DNA of 57,875 bases, taken from positions 1 through 57,875 of the forward strand of contig DF237518.1 of NCBI GenBank assembly GCA_000708835.1, read 5' to 3'. The notes beneath the pieces were generated by a model. That model ran no database searches and was not told the origin of the DNA. It was given only the letters and a program-made list of their open reading frames with translations. Each line of letters opens with the position of its first letter. Positions within the stretch are counted from its first letter, which is position 1. This document shows positions 35,305-48,014 of the stretch, piece by piece. This DNA is from Klebsormidium nitens. Taxonomy: Eukaryota; Plantae; Klebsormidiophyceae. The position numbers and the translations under genes are program-made.

Positions 35305-37719
35305 TGGTCAATTCAAAGGTGTCTATTTTTGAAAGGATTTTGAAAGGGCTGTGTTTTGTCATTCAGTTTATTAGTGCATAGATCTCTGAATGACAGAAGA
35401 GAATGGTCATTGAATGGCCAACTTTAACGAAGACAACAAAGTTTTGTGATAAGTGAAAAGAAGTGAGGCATTTTGTTTCTGTGTTTAAACCTCCCTGTGC
35501 ACATTGGACCAAATGGACAATGTGAAGCTTTGCTGATGTCACTGTTGCTGAAGGCAGCAGAGCATCTTTAGTCAGGGGTGACATGAATGAGCCCTTCATG
35601 AATTGTTTCACAGACACTCAATGCACAAGAAAGGAGCTATAGTTCCTTAGCTAATAGTTCCTTTCCTGATATCATACGCAGCATCCTCAGCATGCATAGT
35701 TCTTTTTTGTGCTCCACTTTGAGAAGATTCAATAGAAATACCGGAACAGCTTTCAAAACCATATAAAGGGAAAAATAAAATAAAAAAGGATTGAGCACTC
35801 TGTTACAAGTCAAACCAAATTTGTTATTGACAGCAATGTGCAGAGAATCAAGAACCAGATACAGTCTTGTAGAAGCTATCTCCTTCTTTCTGGTATAGAT
35901 GCAGATGATTTGTACCCTTCTAATCAAGCATGAAATGACTAGCAGTTGTATATGACAGAATGACAGAGAGACAGGAAAGGCCTTTAATCTGCTAGCAGTG
36001 GGTGGCATACCTTTCAGAACTCTGAGCGGTACAAGTCTCCTGCCAGCTGTGTCTCCACATCAAAGAGCTAAGAGCAAAGCCTACTATTAGCAGACATAGA
36101 GCTAACTGCATCTTGAGCACACCATATGTGTTCATTGTTTACCAGCTTGGCACAGGTGTACAGTTCAGCTCCGTTTCAGTTCAGGGAAAAACTTCGGCTA
36201 TCAAGCTATTCGGTATCTGAAGGCTGAAGCAAACAATTCGTTAGCAACCTCCGACTCCGAGTAGCTGCGGCCTTCATCGAGTCCTGCAGTGCACGGTCAG
36301 AATCTACGACCGGCCCTTGCTGCGGGATGCATGGATCGAAGGACAAGTTCCAGAGGCGATTTATCAATCACGAAAAATGGCAATGCAGTCGCTCAATGCC
36401 CGTTTGTTAGTGTTCTACCTACCGGTCCTAGCTCGGCCGGCGCCCGGGCAGAATTGAGTGCGCCGATCGGACGGTCACGGTGCGGTTCGGGCGGCTAATC
36501 TCAACCGGGCTATGTCTGCTGCATGAAGAGTGTGACCGGGGCAGTCTCGGATGTGGGAACTTGGAGAACTTGAGTCTTGAAGCCAAAATATAAGAATCGT
36601 AAATTGTAATTGGCGCGTACTTTCCAAGTTCTGCAACTTTGGAGTCATGTATGAGCCGTATTCGACAACTCTCGGTGATTTCGGCAACGGTCTGTGCAGG
36701 CGGAAACGGGAGAGGACGAACAGGGGTAATACAAGGCAATGCCACGCCTGACGGCGTTTGCTGGCATTGCCAAAAAGGCGGACAGCCTGCAGTTTGCAGT
36801 CCGAGACCCCCACGTACGGTACACCGGTTGGTAATTTGTCATCAAGCGCGCGCAAGCAGAACAAGTTTCAGGAGGTGACCTATCGGTCACAAAAAAGGCG
36901 ATGCCACCTCCACTGTTGACGGTCGGTCGCAGGTTTGACCCAGGGTTTGATTTCTGGCCTGGGCCGGCCGCGCCGTCGACTCTCAAGTGCGACAATGCGC
37001 CGCGACGCCATTTGCTAGCTAGCTATGATACGATGCAATGAGACCTTCTTTCCTTTCATGTGTTATTCCCGATCCGCAAGGTTGGCCATGTCCCGGTTGT
37101 ACGTACGATTACAATGAGTATATAATACAATGCTTTGACTCAATTGAATCAGCCTGGGGCCCGAATCAGTTGAAACTTTCATTTGAAATGGTCAAAGGGT
37201 CCAACCCAAGCCTACAAGCCTCCGGACATTCCGGACGATGCATGAGAGTCATGACCACACGGAGATCAATCTTATGATTGGATCATGCAGTGTTCAAGGT
37301 GAGGATTGGGTGCTGCAACCTTATAGTGTCAAGCCTATTGTAACAATTGACCCCCAATATTGTTCGCACTGGTGCACATTATAGCAGCTTATTGAAATGA
37401 TTTGTAGTGACATAAACATGCACACGGGCCATGCACACCGACCAGAGTTTTACGGAACGACAATCTGCGGCTGACCGTTTCTGTAGCTCGTTGCAAATGT
37501 GTTTGAACGCACAAGTATTAATCACACACTCAATCGTCACAAAGCCTTAGCATGTGGCATCAATATGAATTTCCCGATGATACCTCCGCAACTTTCCGAC
37601 CCTGCCTGGTTTGTGCCGTGCACACGTGACAAGCTATTGTTCAATTACTGAGAAATTGATATGCAACTCAAATATTGACTCCCCGACTCATACAACGTAT
37701 GCAGCCAGATGCAACTCTA

Positions 37720-39291
37720 AGTTTGATCACCTTCACCAAGGCGCAAACCTCTTCCGGGAAATCTTGAGATAGACCGAGCTTTCTCTTTTTTTGAGTGATC
37801 TTCTGCAGGTGTTGCTCGTTAGTTTTCTCTCCAGACGTTTCCGTATCCAAAGCGTGCTTCAATAGTGCTCGAATGCAACTCTTCCTGCCACTTCTGAACC
37901 TGAAGTTTCCGCTGTTCTTCATAAACCCGTCGTTGTACCTGTGGATCTGAAATGAGCAAGAAAGAAAGACGCCTGGTAAACTTAATAGGCATTGAAAGAT
38001 CAAGCTGGTGTGATCAATCATTTGCTCGTCACAATTGCGGCCCGCAACTGACGAGTCACGGTTTCTTGAACCGATTCGGATCATTGCCAGTTGTACTTCA
38101 AGCCTTGAATCATTGCGAACACTTTACAAAAGCAGATTTGAAGAGTAGACGGATCTCAGGCCTCCGCCTTCTCATTGAAGCTTTGAGTGGAATAAGTCTG
38201 AGCAGATCATAGCTTTCCGCCTGCAGTGCAACAAACGACGTCTATGGAGCTGGCTATGTATCTATGAGTAAGTTCAGGAATGGATGCCAAGCTTGGTAAC
38301 TGCCTTACCAATCTGTTGACCTCGTCCAAACGAATTTGCTTCCACTCCCAACCGTTTCGCTTTTAAGACAATATCCTTCTCACGTTGCTTTTGAATCTTC
38401 TCTGCATCGTTATGTAGCTTGTTTTTTGCAGCAATATCCAGCTCGTCTTGCCACTTGCGCGTTCGGACTTCCCGCTCCTCATAATACAAAGTTTGGCCTG
38501 ACCGCGGCATATCTGCATGAGATAATCCAACAATATAAAGATCCAACCTAGCTGCCGGGCTTCTAAATAAGTTGGACAAGAGATACACAAACATTCACAT
38601 AAAAAGGGCTCCATATCAAAACATCAACCATAGATAGGTTTGAATCTATGAAGGTCATCTGGCAGAATTCCACTTTCGCAGCAAGATCTAACTGAGTCCT
38701 GAGAGCTTGTTGTGATGTACATGTTACAAGTATTTGTCATTGAATGCCTGCCAGACTCTTGCACGGTCCACGTTCAATTTAGCTTGCAGCCGCAACTTGC
38801 AGACACGTGGACGTTCGAACTTGTGCACAGTTGAATTTGGAACTATATCAAGCTTCCCCCAAGCTTCCCATTACTGTCGGATGATTAAAAGATTTCCAAA
38901 CTACAGGTAGTTTAACCAGTCTGTTAATAGGGTCTAGAGGCTACGGAAGTTCCTAGAACATCAGAAGATCTCTAGCTGTAGGCATCACATTCGACGTGTT
39001 AGTCCCATTTTAGTGTGATCGACACTGATCAACTGATGATGCACAAAGTCACTCACCTTGACGTGAGAACTGACATTGCACCCGGGCCCAAGCCCGCCTG
39101 GCAGCTTGTCTTCGGCATAACAGCTGGATAGAGTAAAAGCCAAACAGGCTCAGTAGTATCCCAATTGTCACCACAAACGCTGTGATTGTAAGGCTGGCCA
39201 AGCCTCCTTCAGGCCCCAGTCTAGCATGTCTTGCGCCTCGTTTGCGCAGGGTTCGAATGCGTGGCCAACGGGCCCATGGCGTTTTTTTCAA
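37720..39291 (-). pseudogene. Multi-exon gene remnant: TM-anchor first exon (39057-39291) and two paralogous coiled-coil exons
   Basis: Hydrophobic LTITAFVVTIGILLSLFGFYSI followed by GTGAGT donor at 39056; exons near 38490 and 37950 follow CAG acceptors and share the motif YEE.R....KWQ.EL. Confidence 0.4.
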
Positions 39292-39550
39292 TCACTTTTT
39301 AGTAGTTATCATGCGGCTAGGTGGTCTGGCTGCCTCAACCTTCAATCATTCAATGGCTGGCCCACAAATGGCCTCAATGCTATCAATGGCCCCAACCTGG
39401 CAACTCGTCACGACGTAACTCAAATTCTGATGTGATGGCATTGAATGTTGTGCACAATGTTTGAATGTTGGTAGGTTGCCTTCCAGACTTCAACACGGCG
39501 GCTTGCGAGGCTCGCCGGTCCCCTTACGCTCCACTAAGATTTCAATGAAT

Positions 39551-39820
39551 AGGCCTATCTTGGACCCGGAGGTCGCAGAGTCACGGTGAAAGTCGCGGAC
39601 GAAAGTCGCGGAAAGTCGCGGAACGTCGCGGAGCATTGCAAGCATCTAAACATGAAACTTGCTTCAAAACATGTTTTCCAAGAGTTTATAAGGTTGCGGT
39701 GAAGGTTGCAAAGTTCGCGGAACAAAGTCGCGGAACAGTCGCGGAACAGTCGCGCAGAATCGCGAAAAGTCGCGCAACGTCGCGGGCAACTCTGGCAACC
39801 TCCGGGCCCAGGATAGGCCT
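39551..39820. mobile_element. MITE-like non-autonomous DNA element
   Basis: Imperfect TIR of about 33 bp (AGGCCTATCTTGGACCCGGAGGT.. / ..ACCTCCGGGCCCAGGATAGGCCT), internal GTCGCG repeats, flanked by ATGAAT on both sides. Confidence 0.75.
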
Positions 39821-40422
39821 ATGAATCATTTCAAATGTTGCGGGCTTGTTGCCACAGCGGCCGGGTTTCAGGAGAACGGTTCCCTTTAGGCAGCGGGGAC
39901 TGATCTGGCAGGGACTGTGACTGATGATTGATCCCTGCCCCGTCCCTGCCATGCAAGCTAGGCTGATCGATGATCGATCGACACGGTACCTACTGCGGGG
40001 ACTGACCGGTCCATGTTGACCGTAAAGTGGTACCTACCTCCCACAGATTGATACCTTGGTAGATACCTAGTACTTACTCTAAGGCACAGCCGGGCGCGAC
40101 TTAAGGTACAGTACCGGAATTACCTACCAGCGCGGTACACCGGGTACCATCTTCCAGGCCGGTTGATACTACCTACCTAGGTTACTTAGATTATAGGTAC
40201 CATGAGGTTCAAACCGTCGATGACAGGGTCGGCGGTCGCACGTCCAACTCTGGCAGTGCCAGTGGACGTGACGTCGTGACGGTCACTGCGCGACGGTCCT
40301 ACAAGGACTCGGGAGTCAGGAGTCAGGAGTCAGGACTCGGGAGCCTCAGGAGCTAGGACGGTAGGTATCCGGGTATACGGTACCTCCTGGTATGGAGGTA
40401 CGGTACCCCTACCGTCTGCTGG

Positions 40423-40846
40423 TGTAATCGAGAGCTCCCTTAAGCAATATAAGGGATCCTGATTACTACAGTGGAAGCGCTAGGTAGCTAAGAGTTGAGA
40501 AAAGTCTTGACAATAAAATTGTCCTCAATCCGGGGTCGGGGGAATGAGGTCCACAAGTGGAGAAATCCACTTTCATAGCTTGACCCAAGCTGCTCATGTG
40601 CATACATGAGCTCAGTCTGTGCGTACAGTCTATATAATAGTAATAGTATGACTTGCTGCAGCTCAGCAGTCTTGGATGAGCTTTAGCTAAGCTAAGCTCA
40701 TCTTGTATAGCCAATAGGAATCGAGTATTCTTTTATAAGATCATGTTACCGTTATAGGGGTTATCCTGTAAGTCATCGGGATAATCTAATTAAGTCTATC
40801 CTGATATCTACGGCTATAAATGCCTAGACGTGATCCACGTGTTACA
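40423..40846 (-). repeat. 3' LTR of chromovirus A
   Basis: Matches 45556-45979 with about 7 substitutions by eye; preceded on the minus strand by PPT AAGGGGGGGACTGC (40847-40860). Confidence 0.98.
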
Positions 40847-40858
40847 GCAGTCCCCCCC

Positions 40859-41080
40859 TTAAGTACCAGCAACGTCCTCGTTGCTGGGGTCTAAATTCAC
40901 TAAGTGGGCGTCGACCCACTGGGCCTCATGGAAGGGCTGGTCCCGGTAGGTTACTAAGTACTGGGTGCGTTGCCGGGGTCCGCGGCCGACGGTTCGTTCG
41001 TCTACAACACTGTCGATAGGGTGTTGGGGGTTGTCGGCGGTGAGTACCGGAGGAGGGGGTGGCGGGTCGCGGTCGGTGAA
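40859..41080 (-). pseudogene. Chromodomain, separated from pol by a 1-bp frameshift
   Basis: Alternate frame reads [37 protein letters not shown]; the paralog at 55434-56507 has the domain in frame. Confidence 0.85.
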
Positions 41081-44000
41081 CGGGTCGGGTCGTTTGGGTG
41101 GTAGGGTTTTAGCTGGGATACGTGGAAAACCGGGTGGATGGTCATGTGGTCGGGTAGGTCTAGTTTGTACGCAGCTTCGGAGATAGCTTGTTGTACAGTG
41201 AAGGGACCGGTGTATTTGGGTGCTAGTTTGCGTACTTGGGAGCGGGTAGGGAGCGACAGGTGGGCGGTGGATAGATAGACTTGGTCGCCGGGTTGGAAGG
41301 TAAGTGGGCGGCGACGCAGGTCGGCGTACTGTTTTTGTCGGTTTTGGGCGAGTACGAGGAGTGTTTTGGCGTTTTGTAGGGAGGTGGCAATGTTGTCGAG
41401 GAATTGATCGGCGGCGGGTGTATCGGAGGAGGGTGGTTTGAGGAGGTTGGAAGGTGTGAGGGGGTGTCTACCGGTGTTGAGGTAGAAGGGGGAGTGACCG
41501 GTGGAAAGCTGTACCGAGTTGTTATAGGCGAACTCGATAGGGGTAAGGTGGAGGTCCCAGTCAGAATGCCGGGCGTTAACGTAGGGTCGGAGGGCTTCCT
41601 CGATGACCCGGTTGACGCGTTCGGTTTGACCGTCGGTTTGGGGGTGGAAGGCGGTGGAGAAGGAGAGTTTGGTACCAAGGAGCCTGAAAAGGGTACGCCA
41701 AAAGTTAGAAGTGAACCGGGGGTCCCTGTCAGAGATAATGACGCGCGACAAGCCCTTATGACGGAAAACATTATCAAAATATACTCGAGCGATGGCAGGG
41801 GCAGTGGTGTCATCAGAGATGGGTGCGATTTTTATTTCTTTAGATAACCGGTCGACGAAAACAGCAATGCCGGAATTTCCTCGAGTGGTTTTAGGTAAGC
41901 CCGCAATTAAGTCCATAGTAATTTGCTCCAACCGCTCCTGGGGGATAGGAATAGGCTGTAAGAGTCCCCCAGGGCGGCGGTTGCTGGGCTTGTTGCGTTG
42001 GCACGCGTCGCATGAGCGTATGTAACGCCGGACATCCGCTTGGAGGTCCGGCCAGTAGAAGGTGCGGTTGGTGAGTTCCTCAGTCTTGTCCATACCTAGA
42101 TGGGCAGAGACGTTACAGTCGTGGTTAGTACGTAGTACGCGTGTGCGGAGTTCAGGTACAGGAGGGATGTACAAGCAGCCGGAGTTATAGAGCAACCCAT
42201 CGTCAAGCGAGAACGAGGCAAAAGCAATGTCAGCCAGGATCATGCGCGAGACAGCCATCTGGGCATAGGGGTCAGCGGTGGTAGCAAGGCGGACATCGGT
42301 TAGGAATGCCCGGTCGGGGATCAAGGATGACACTGCTGCAAGGACGAGTTGGTTAGTGGGAGGCTCCGGCTTGTGGTCCGGGCGCTGGGAGAGGGCGTCC
42401 GGTACAATGTTGAGCCGCCCTTCCCTGTACGTGAGGTTGAGGTTAAATTGTGCGAGTTGCTCCTCCCACCGGTGGTGGCGGGAGCGCATGTACTCGAGTT
42501 TGAGTGGAAAAAAGAGTGGTCGGTGGTCGGTACGGACGGTGACCGGGCGGCCTAGTAGATAATGCCGCCACTTGTGCGTAGCGTGTACCAACGCCAGCTG
42601 CTCCCGGTCGCGAGCGGAGTAGTTGCGCTCAGCGCGGTTGAGGCGCTTCGACTCGAACGCGACCGGTTGCAGGTTGGTACCGTTGGTACCTTGCAAGAGT
42701 ACACCACCAACAGCAAAGTCAGAGGCGTCGATGTCAAGTGTACAAGGTAGGTCAGGGTGAAAGGGGCGTAGGATCGGTGCATGGGTTAGCTGAAATTTAA
42801 ATGAATGGAACGCGTGGTTATGCGTTTCCGTCCACTCGAATTTTGCACCCTTCACCAGCAAATCAGTCAGAGGGGTAGCAATGCGAGAAAAATCGCGAAC
42901 AAATCGGCGGTAAAAGCCCGCTAAGCCAAGAAATGAGCGAATATCGCCCGGGTCCTGGGGTTGAGGCCATGCGGTTACCGCCGCAACCTTGCATGCCTCC
43001 ATTGACACCCCGTCAGCATTTATGACGTGGCCGAGGAAGGTAACCTCGGTACGCCATAATTCACACTTGGACTCCTTGGCGAAGAGAGTGTGCTTGCGGA
43101 GACGTGTGAACACCTCCCAAAGAAGGCGCTCGTGTTCCTCTGCAGAGTCGGAGTAAATGAGAATGTCGTCAAGAAAATTGACAACGCCCCGGTCAAGCAA
43201 ATCCCGGAAAACACTCTGCATCAAATCCATGAAAGCGGCAGGGGCATTAGTCAGACCGAAGGGAAGGACAAGCCATTCAAAATGCCCATATCGAGTCCTA
43301 AAAGCAGTCTTCGATACGTCGTCAGAATGGATGGGAATTTGCCAATAACCGGAGCGCAAGTCGATTTTAGAAAAGAATTTAGCACCGTGGAGTTGGTCGA
43401 TGAGGTCATCGGCCCGGGGAAGAGGGTACGCATTTTTAACGGTTTGTTTATTAAGTCCCCGGTAGTCAATGCAAAAGCGCAAGCCCCCGTCCTTCTTGGG
43501 GGCGAAGAGGACGGGGGCCCCCCAGGGAGAGTTGCTCGGGCGGATGAACCCCTTTGCAAGGAGGTCATCCAGAGTGCGCCGCAACTCCTCCAACTCTGAG
43601 GGAGACAACCGGTAGATGGGGCGATTGACCGGGGTAGCGCCCGGTTGAGTTTCGATGCGGAACGGCATACCCCGGTCAGGAGGTAGATTGCCCGGTAGGT
43701 CCTGAGGGAAGAGGTCGGGGAATTCAGTCTTAAGTCGTTCGCACCGTTCGTACTCAGGTGCATTTGCGGTGGCGGTCTCAGGAGTAACGTTTGGAACGAC
43801 TTGAAAGACCGGTGATTTTGTTTTTCGGAGTTTGTTAATCTGGACGGAGTTAAGCAAGCGATCGCCAAATTCCTTTCGCAATGCACGCTTGCCGGGTTTA
43901 CCGGCTTCCAGCGTTACAACCCGGCTTGCATGCACGAAGGAAATGGTACGCCGTAACCAATCGACAGACTTGTTACCCGACTCTAGCCACGGAAGACCCA

Positions 44001-44400
44001 AGATGATGTCATATGTTACATCTGTAACGGTGAAATGTAGGTCCTCGGAATACTCAGAACCGACCGAAAATGGCACGGCTTGAGTAGTCCATTTGACCGG
44101 TTGCTGTGAACCGTTGGCTAGAGTTACGGGCTCCAAGCTATCGTCAGACCGTAAAGCGATGTTCAAACCACGCGCAAACTCAGATGACATCACAAGGTCA
44201 GAGCAACCAGAATCAATCAAAACCCTGCATGCACGACCTAGGACCTGACCACGTAGAAAAATCAAGCGAGAAGATTTGGGTCCGGTAGGACCCGAGGTGG
44301 GTGGGTTAGCCTTGCGGTTCCTGGGGAGGGACTTGCGGTCCCTTGCAGTGTTGCCACCAGTGGACGTCCCGGGACCGTCTACTGGGGCGTGAAGTTTTCC
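41002..44400 (-). CDS. pol: pol (PR-RT-RH-IN); frame open from 44400, probably reached by -1 frameshift from gag
   Basis: [68 protein letters not shown]; 1087-aa uninterrupted ORF. Confidence 0.97.
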   Translation of the reverse strand, partial: GKLHAPVDGPGTSTGGNTARDRKSLPRNRKANPPTSGPTGPKSSRLIFLRGQVLGRACRVLIDSGCSDLVMSSEFARGLNIALRSDDSLEPVTLANGSQQPVKWTTQAVPFSVGSEYSEDLHFTVTDVTYDIILGLPWLESGNKSVDWLRRTISFVHASRVVTLEAGKPGKRALRKEFGDRLLNSVQINKLRKTKSPVFQVVPNVTPETATANAPEYERCERLKTEFPDLFPQDLPGNLPPDRGMPFRIETQPGATPVNRPIYRLSPSELEELRRTLDDLLAKGFIRPSNSPWGAPVLFAPKKDGGLRFCIDYRGLNKQTVKNAYPLPRADDLIDQLHGAKFFSKIDLRSGYWQIPIHSDDVSKTAFRTRYGHFEWLVLPFGLTNAPAAFMDLMQSVFRDLLDRGVVNFLDDILIYSDSAEEHERLLWEVFTRLRKHTLFAKESKCELWRTEVTFLGHVINADGVSMEACKVAAVTAWPQPQDPGDIRSFLGLAGFYRRFVRDFSRIATPLTDLLVKGAKFEWTETHNHAFHSFKFQLTHAPILRPFHPDLPCTLDIDASDFAVGGVLLQGTNGTNLQPVAFESKRLNRAERNYSARDREQLALVHATHKWRHYLLGRPVTVRTDHRPLFFPLKLEYMRSRHHRWEEQLAQFNLNLTYREGRLNIVPDALSQRPDHKPEPPTNQLVLAAVSSLIPDRAFLTDVRLATTADPYAQMAVSRMILADIAFASFSLDDGLLYNSGCLYIPPVPELRTRVLRTNHDCNVSAHLGMDKTEELTNRTFYWPDLQADVRRYIRSCDACQRNKPSNRRPGGLLQPIPIPQERLEQITMDLIAGLPKTTRGNSGIAVFVDRLSKEIKIAPISDDTTAPAIARVYFDNVFRHKGLSRVIISDRDPRFTSNFWRTLFRLLGTKLSFSTAFHPQTDGQTERVNRVIEEALRPYVNARHSDWDLHLTPIEFAYNNSVQLSTGHSPFYLNTGRHPLTPSNLLKPPSSDTPAADQFLDNIATSLQNAKTLLVLAQNRQKQYADLRRRPLTFQPGDQVYLSTAHLSLPTRSQVRKLAPKYTGPFTVQQAISEAAYKLDLPDHMTIHPVFHVSQLKPYHPNDPTRSPTATRHPLLRYSPPTTPNTLSTVL

Positions 44401-45494
44401 GAGCTGCGGGGCTCGGAGTCGAGGTCGATGAGGTCAGGGTGCTCGGTGGAAGGCACCTGGTGGTCAATGTGGTTGACACCAGGGCGCTGCACGGGGGTCT
44501 GGGTGTTAAGGGGACAGTTAGTCTCGATGTGCCCGGTTTGCCTGCAACGGAAGCAACCACCAATCTTCCGTAACCGATCTCTCTCAGCATCGGTTAGCGG
44601 GGGCAGTCTGCGCCTCAGTGCATCAATCTCCATAGGAACAGGGTCAGCGACAGGGTTAGCAGGGCGGGGGAGAATAGGAATGGGGTTAGTCGAATTGAAC
44701 CGCCCTTTGGGCTGGCGGTCCAAACCGAACCCGGGGGTGAAGAGGGAGTCCATGCGGTCAGCTAACTTGACCGCTTCGTCGAAGGTGCTCGGGTCGCGCA
44801 TGGTTACTTCCATGCGTGTGCGCGGCTTGAGCCCCCGGACGAAGCGGTCGAGCAGCTCCTCGTCTTGGACGTTGGGGATCTGCATGGATAGTTCCTGGAT
44901 TTTGTAAGCGTATGTTCGCACATTGCCATCCTGTCGAAGACTCGCCATCTTGTCCCGGGCATGGCGAGTGGCATTGACAGCCCGGAACCGTGCAAGAAGC
45001 TCCTCGTGAAAGTATGCCCAGTCAGTCAACAGCTCATGCTCGGGGGTGCGCTCAAGACGCTGACAAATAAAGCGCCACCAAGTCTTTGCACCCCCTTCAA
45101 GCAACCCTGAAGCATATAACACCTGAGCATCTGCCGGAATATGCATGCCACGAAAATACCGCTCACAATCAAACAGAAAGTTCTCCACTGCACCGACAGT
45201 GGAGGAACCACTATAAGGTTTAGGTGCAGGAAGTTTGAGCTTCCCTGTTACCTCCCTGGCCATAACCGGCTCAGGGTTAACCGGGGGTGCTGGGTAGGCC
45301 TCGAGAGCTGCTGCCTGTGCTTGCGCCTGAGCCTGTGACAGGCGCAGCACCTCGCCTTGCAGTCCCGTGACGAGGCCCACCAGCTCCGCCATGGTGGCCT
45401 CCATGACAGCGGGGTCAACGACGCGGGGTTCCGTCATGGTTGTGCGGACCCCCCCCACCTTGTCGCTTGAAGGGCTTAGAAGAGAGACAAGCAA
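44379..45494 (-). CDS. gag: gag (Retrotrans_gag plus CCHC)
   Basis: [53 protein letters not shown]. Confidence 0.96.
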   Translation of the reverse strand: MLVSLLSPSSDKVGGVRTTMTEPRVVDPAVMEATMAELVGLVTGLQGEVLRLSQAQAQAQAAALEAYPAPPVNPEPVMAREVTGKLKLPAPKPYSGSSTVGAVENFLFDCERYFRGMHIPADAQVLYASGLLEGGAKTWWRFICQRLERTPEHELLTDWAYFHEELLARFRAVNATRHARDKMASLRQDGNVRTYAYKIQELSMQIPNVQDEELLDRFVRGLKPRTRMEVTMRDPSTFDEAVKLADRMDSLFTPGFGLDRQPKGRFNSTNPIPILPRPANPVADPVPMEIDALRRRLPPLTDAERDRLRKIGGCFRCRQTGHIETNCPLNTQTPVQRPGVNHIDHQVPSTEHPDLIDLDSEPRSSENFTPQ

Positions 45495-45537
45495 GGGTGC
45501 TTGGTAGGAGGGTCAAGAGGGAGGAGGGAGAAGGATC

Positions 45538-45554
45538 GCTTCCTCGCAATACCA
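45538..45554 (-). promoter_or_regulatory. Primer-binding site TGGTATTGCGAGGAAGC
   Basis: TGG one nt after the 5' LTR end; cognate tRNA not identified. Confidence 0.75.
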
Positions 45555-45555
45555 A

Positions 45556-45979
45556 TGTATTCGGGAGCTCCCTTAAGCAATATAAGGGATCCTGATTTCT
45601 ACAGTGGAAGCGCTAGGTAGCTAAGAGTTGAGAAAAGTCTTGACAATAAAATTGTCCCCAATCCGGGGTCGGGGGAATGAGGTCCACAAGTGGAGAAATC
45701 CACTTTCATAGCTTGACCCAAGCTGCTCATGTGCATACATGAGCTCAGTCTGTGCGTACAGTCTATATAATAGTAATAGTATGACTTGCTGCAGCTCAGC
45801 AGTCTTGGATGAGCTTTAGCTAAGCTAAGCTCATCTTGTATAGCCAATAGGAATCGAGTATTCTTTTATAAGATCATCTTACCGTTATGGGGGTTATCCT
45901 GTAAGTCATCGGGATAATCTAATTAAGTCTATCCTGATATCTACGGCTATAAATGCCTAGAAGTGATCCACGTGTTACA
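45556..45979 (-). repeat. 5' LTR of chromovirus A
   Basis: Starts TGTAAC and ends AATACA on the minus strand. Confidence 0.98.
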
Positions 45980-47232
45980 GCTGGGATCATCAGATCGTAG
46001 GTACCGTATACGGCCTGTACGTGCCACTGCCAACTTTTAGCGCACTAGCTGAGCCTCCAACTTGGGAATTTCCCGGGCTGACTTTCAAAGTATGCATGCC
46101 CGGTATGCTATACACTGGGTTGCCTACACCGTACCTGCGACTCAGGCAAATTCCATAGGAAGGTGTTCGCTCGCAAGGTCGCAGCCCGGTAAGAACTGGG
46201 GCAGCCTCAGAGTCACGGGCTCCCAGTGCTGGTACCGGTACACGGGTGGTACCTGTTCCCAGCCAGGGTAGATACCTGGCAGTACCGTATCAGCGTACCG
46301 CCGCCAAAGCCTGATCTGATGCACCGTGCAACCCGCCGGGCGATCGGGCAGTCTTGCTGTGCTACTATGCGAGTCTCGAGTGAGCGCCCGGAGACAACCA
46401 GCGTCCCGGTAGATTTTGCACGGCGTGCGCGCGCATCATCGTATACGTATGCGATTGCGATGAGGAACGTGCTTGCAATTTGAGAATTCGCGGCAATGGT
46501 TGTGGAAGCGGAAACGGTCACAGCATTTCAGGGCAAACATAAGGCGATGCCCGCGGCTAGGCGCCGCTTTAGATTTCCAAACTACAGGTAGTTTAACCAG
46601 TCTGTTAATAGGGTCTAGAGGCTACGGAAGTTCCTAGAACATCAGAAGATCTCTAGCTGTAGGCAGCACATTCGACGTATTAGTCCCCTTTTAGTGTGAA
46701 CACTGATCAACTGATGATGCACAAAGTCACTCACCTTGACGTGAGAACTGACATTGCACCCGGGCCCGAGCCCGCCTGGCAGCTTGTCTTTGGCATAACA
46801 ACGGGATAGAGTAAAAGCCTAACATGCTCAGTAGTATCCCAATAGTCACCACAAACGCTGTGATTGTAAGGCTGGCCAAGCCTCCTTCAGGCCCCAGTCT
46901 AGCATGTCTTGCGCCTCGTTTGCGCGGGGTTCGAATGCGTGGCCAACGGGCCCATGGCGTTTATTTTTTTCAATCACTTTTTAGTAGTTATCATGCGGCT
47001 AGGCGGTCTGGTTGCCTCAACCTTCAATCATTCAATGGCTGGCCCACTGCTGGTCTCAATGCTGTCAATGGCCCCAACCTGGCAACTCGTCACGACGTAA
47101 CTCAAATTCTGATGTGATGGCATTGAATGTTGTGCACAATGTTTGAATGTTGGTAGGTTGCCTTCCAGACTTCAACACGGCGGCTTGCGAGGCTCGCCGG
47201 TCCCCTCACGCTCCACTAAGATTTCAATGAAT

Positions 47233-47512
47233 AGGCCTATCATGGACCCGGAGTTCGCAGAGTCGCGGTTAAAGTCGCGGACGAAAGTCGCGGAGGGTCG
47301 CGGAAAGTCGCGGAACATCGCGGAGCATTGCAAGCATCTAAACATGAAACTTGCTTCAAAACATGTTTTCCAAGAGTTTATAAGGTTGCGGTGAAGGTCG
47401 CATAGTTCGCGGAACAAAGTCGCGGAACAGTAGCGGAACAGTCGCGCAGAATCGCGGAAAGTCGCGCAACGTCGCGGGCAACTCTGGCAACCTCCGGGCC
47501 CAGGATAGGCCT
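47233..47512. mobile_element. MITE-like element, duplicated copy
   Basis: Same TIRs and ATGAAT flanks as 39551-39820. Confidence 0.75.
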
Positions 47513-47983
47513 ATGAATCATTTCAAATGTTGCGGGCCTGTTGCCACAGCGGCCGGGGTTCAGGAGAACGGTTCCCTTTAGGCAGCGGGGACTTATCTGG
47601 CAGGGACTGTGACTCATGATTGATCCCTGCCCCGTCCCTGCCATGCAAGCTAGGCTGATCGGTGATCGATCGACACGGTACCTACTGCGGGGACTGACCG
47701 GTCCATGTTGACCGTAAAGTGGTACCTACCTCCCACAGATTGATACCTTGGTAGATACCTAGTACCTACTGTAAGGCACAGCCGGGCGCGACCTACGGTA
47801 CAGTACCGGAATTACCTACCCGCGCGGTACACCGGGTACCATCTTCCAGGCCGGTAGATAGATTATAGGTACCATGAGGTTCAAACCGTCGATGACAGGG
47901 TCGGCGGTCGCACGTCCAACTCTGGCAGTGCCAGTGGACGTGACGCCGTGACGGTCACTGCGCGACGGTCCTACAAGGACTCG

Positions 47984-48014
<31 letters not shown>

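Larger units (their letters stand above)
40423..45979 (-). mobile_element. Full-length chromovirus (Ty3/gypsy), 5557 bp, TSD GCTGG
   Basis: 424-bp TG..CA LTRs, PBS, PPT, gag, pol; GCTGG at 40418-40422 and 45980-45984; empty paralogous site at 56942-56946. Confidence 0.98.
38890..46570 (+). repeat. Tandem segmental duplication, copy 1 (about 2.12 kb without the chromovirus)
   Basis: 38890-40422 plus 45985-46570 align with 46571-48021 plus 56868-57532. Confidence 0.95.

Noticed and set aside
40466-40714. Duplicated 82-aa ORF (also 45599-45847) and similar duplicated ORFs at 11685-12018 and 27702-28035
   Set aside because: They lie within LTRs; conservation reflects repeat identity, not coding selection.
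41223-43886. Several 150-210 aa alternative-frame and antisense ORFs
   Set aside because: They overlap the intact chromovirus pol and lack motifs.
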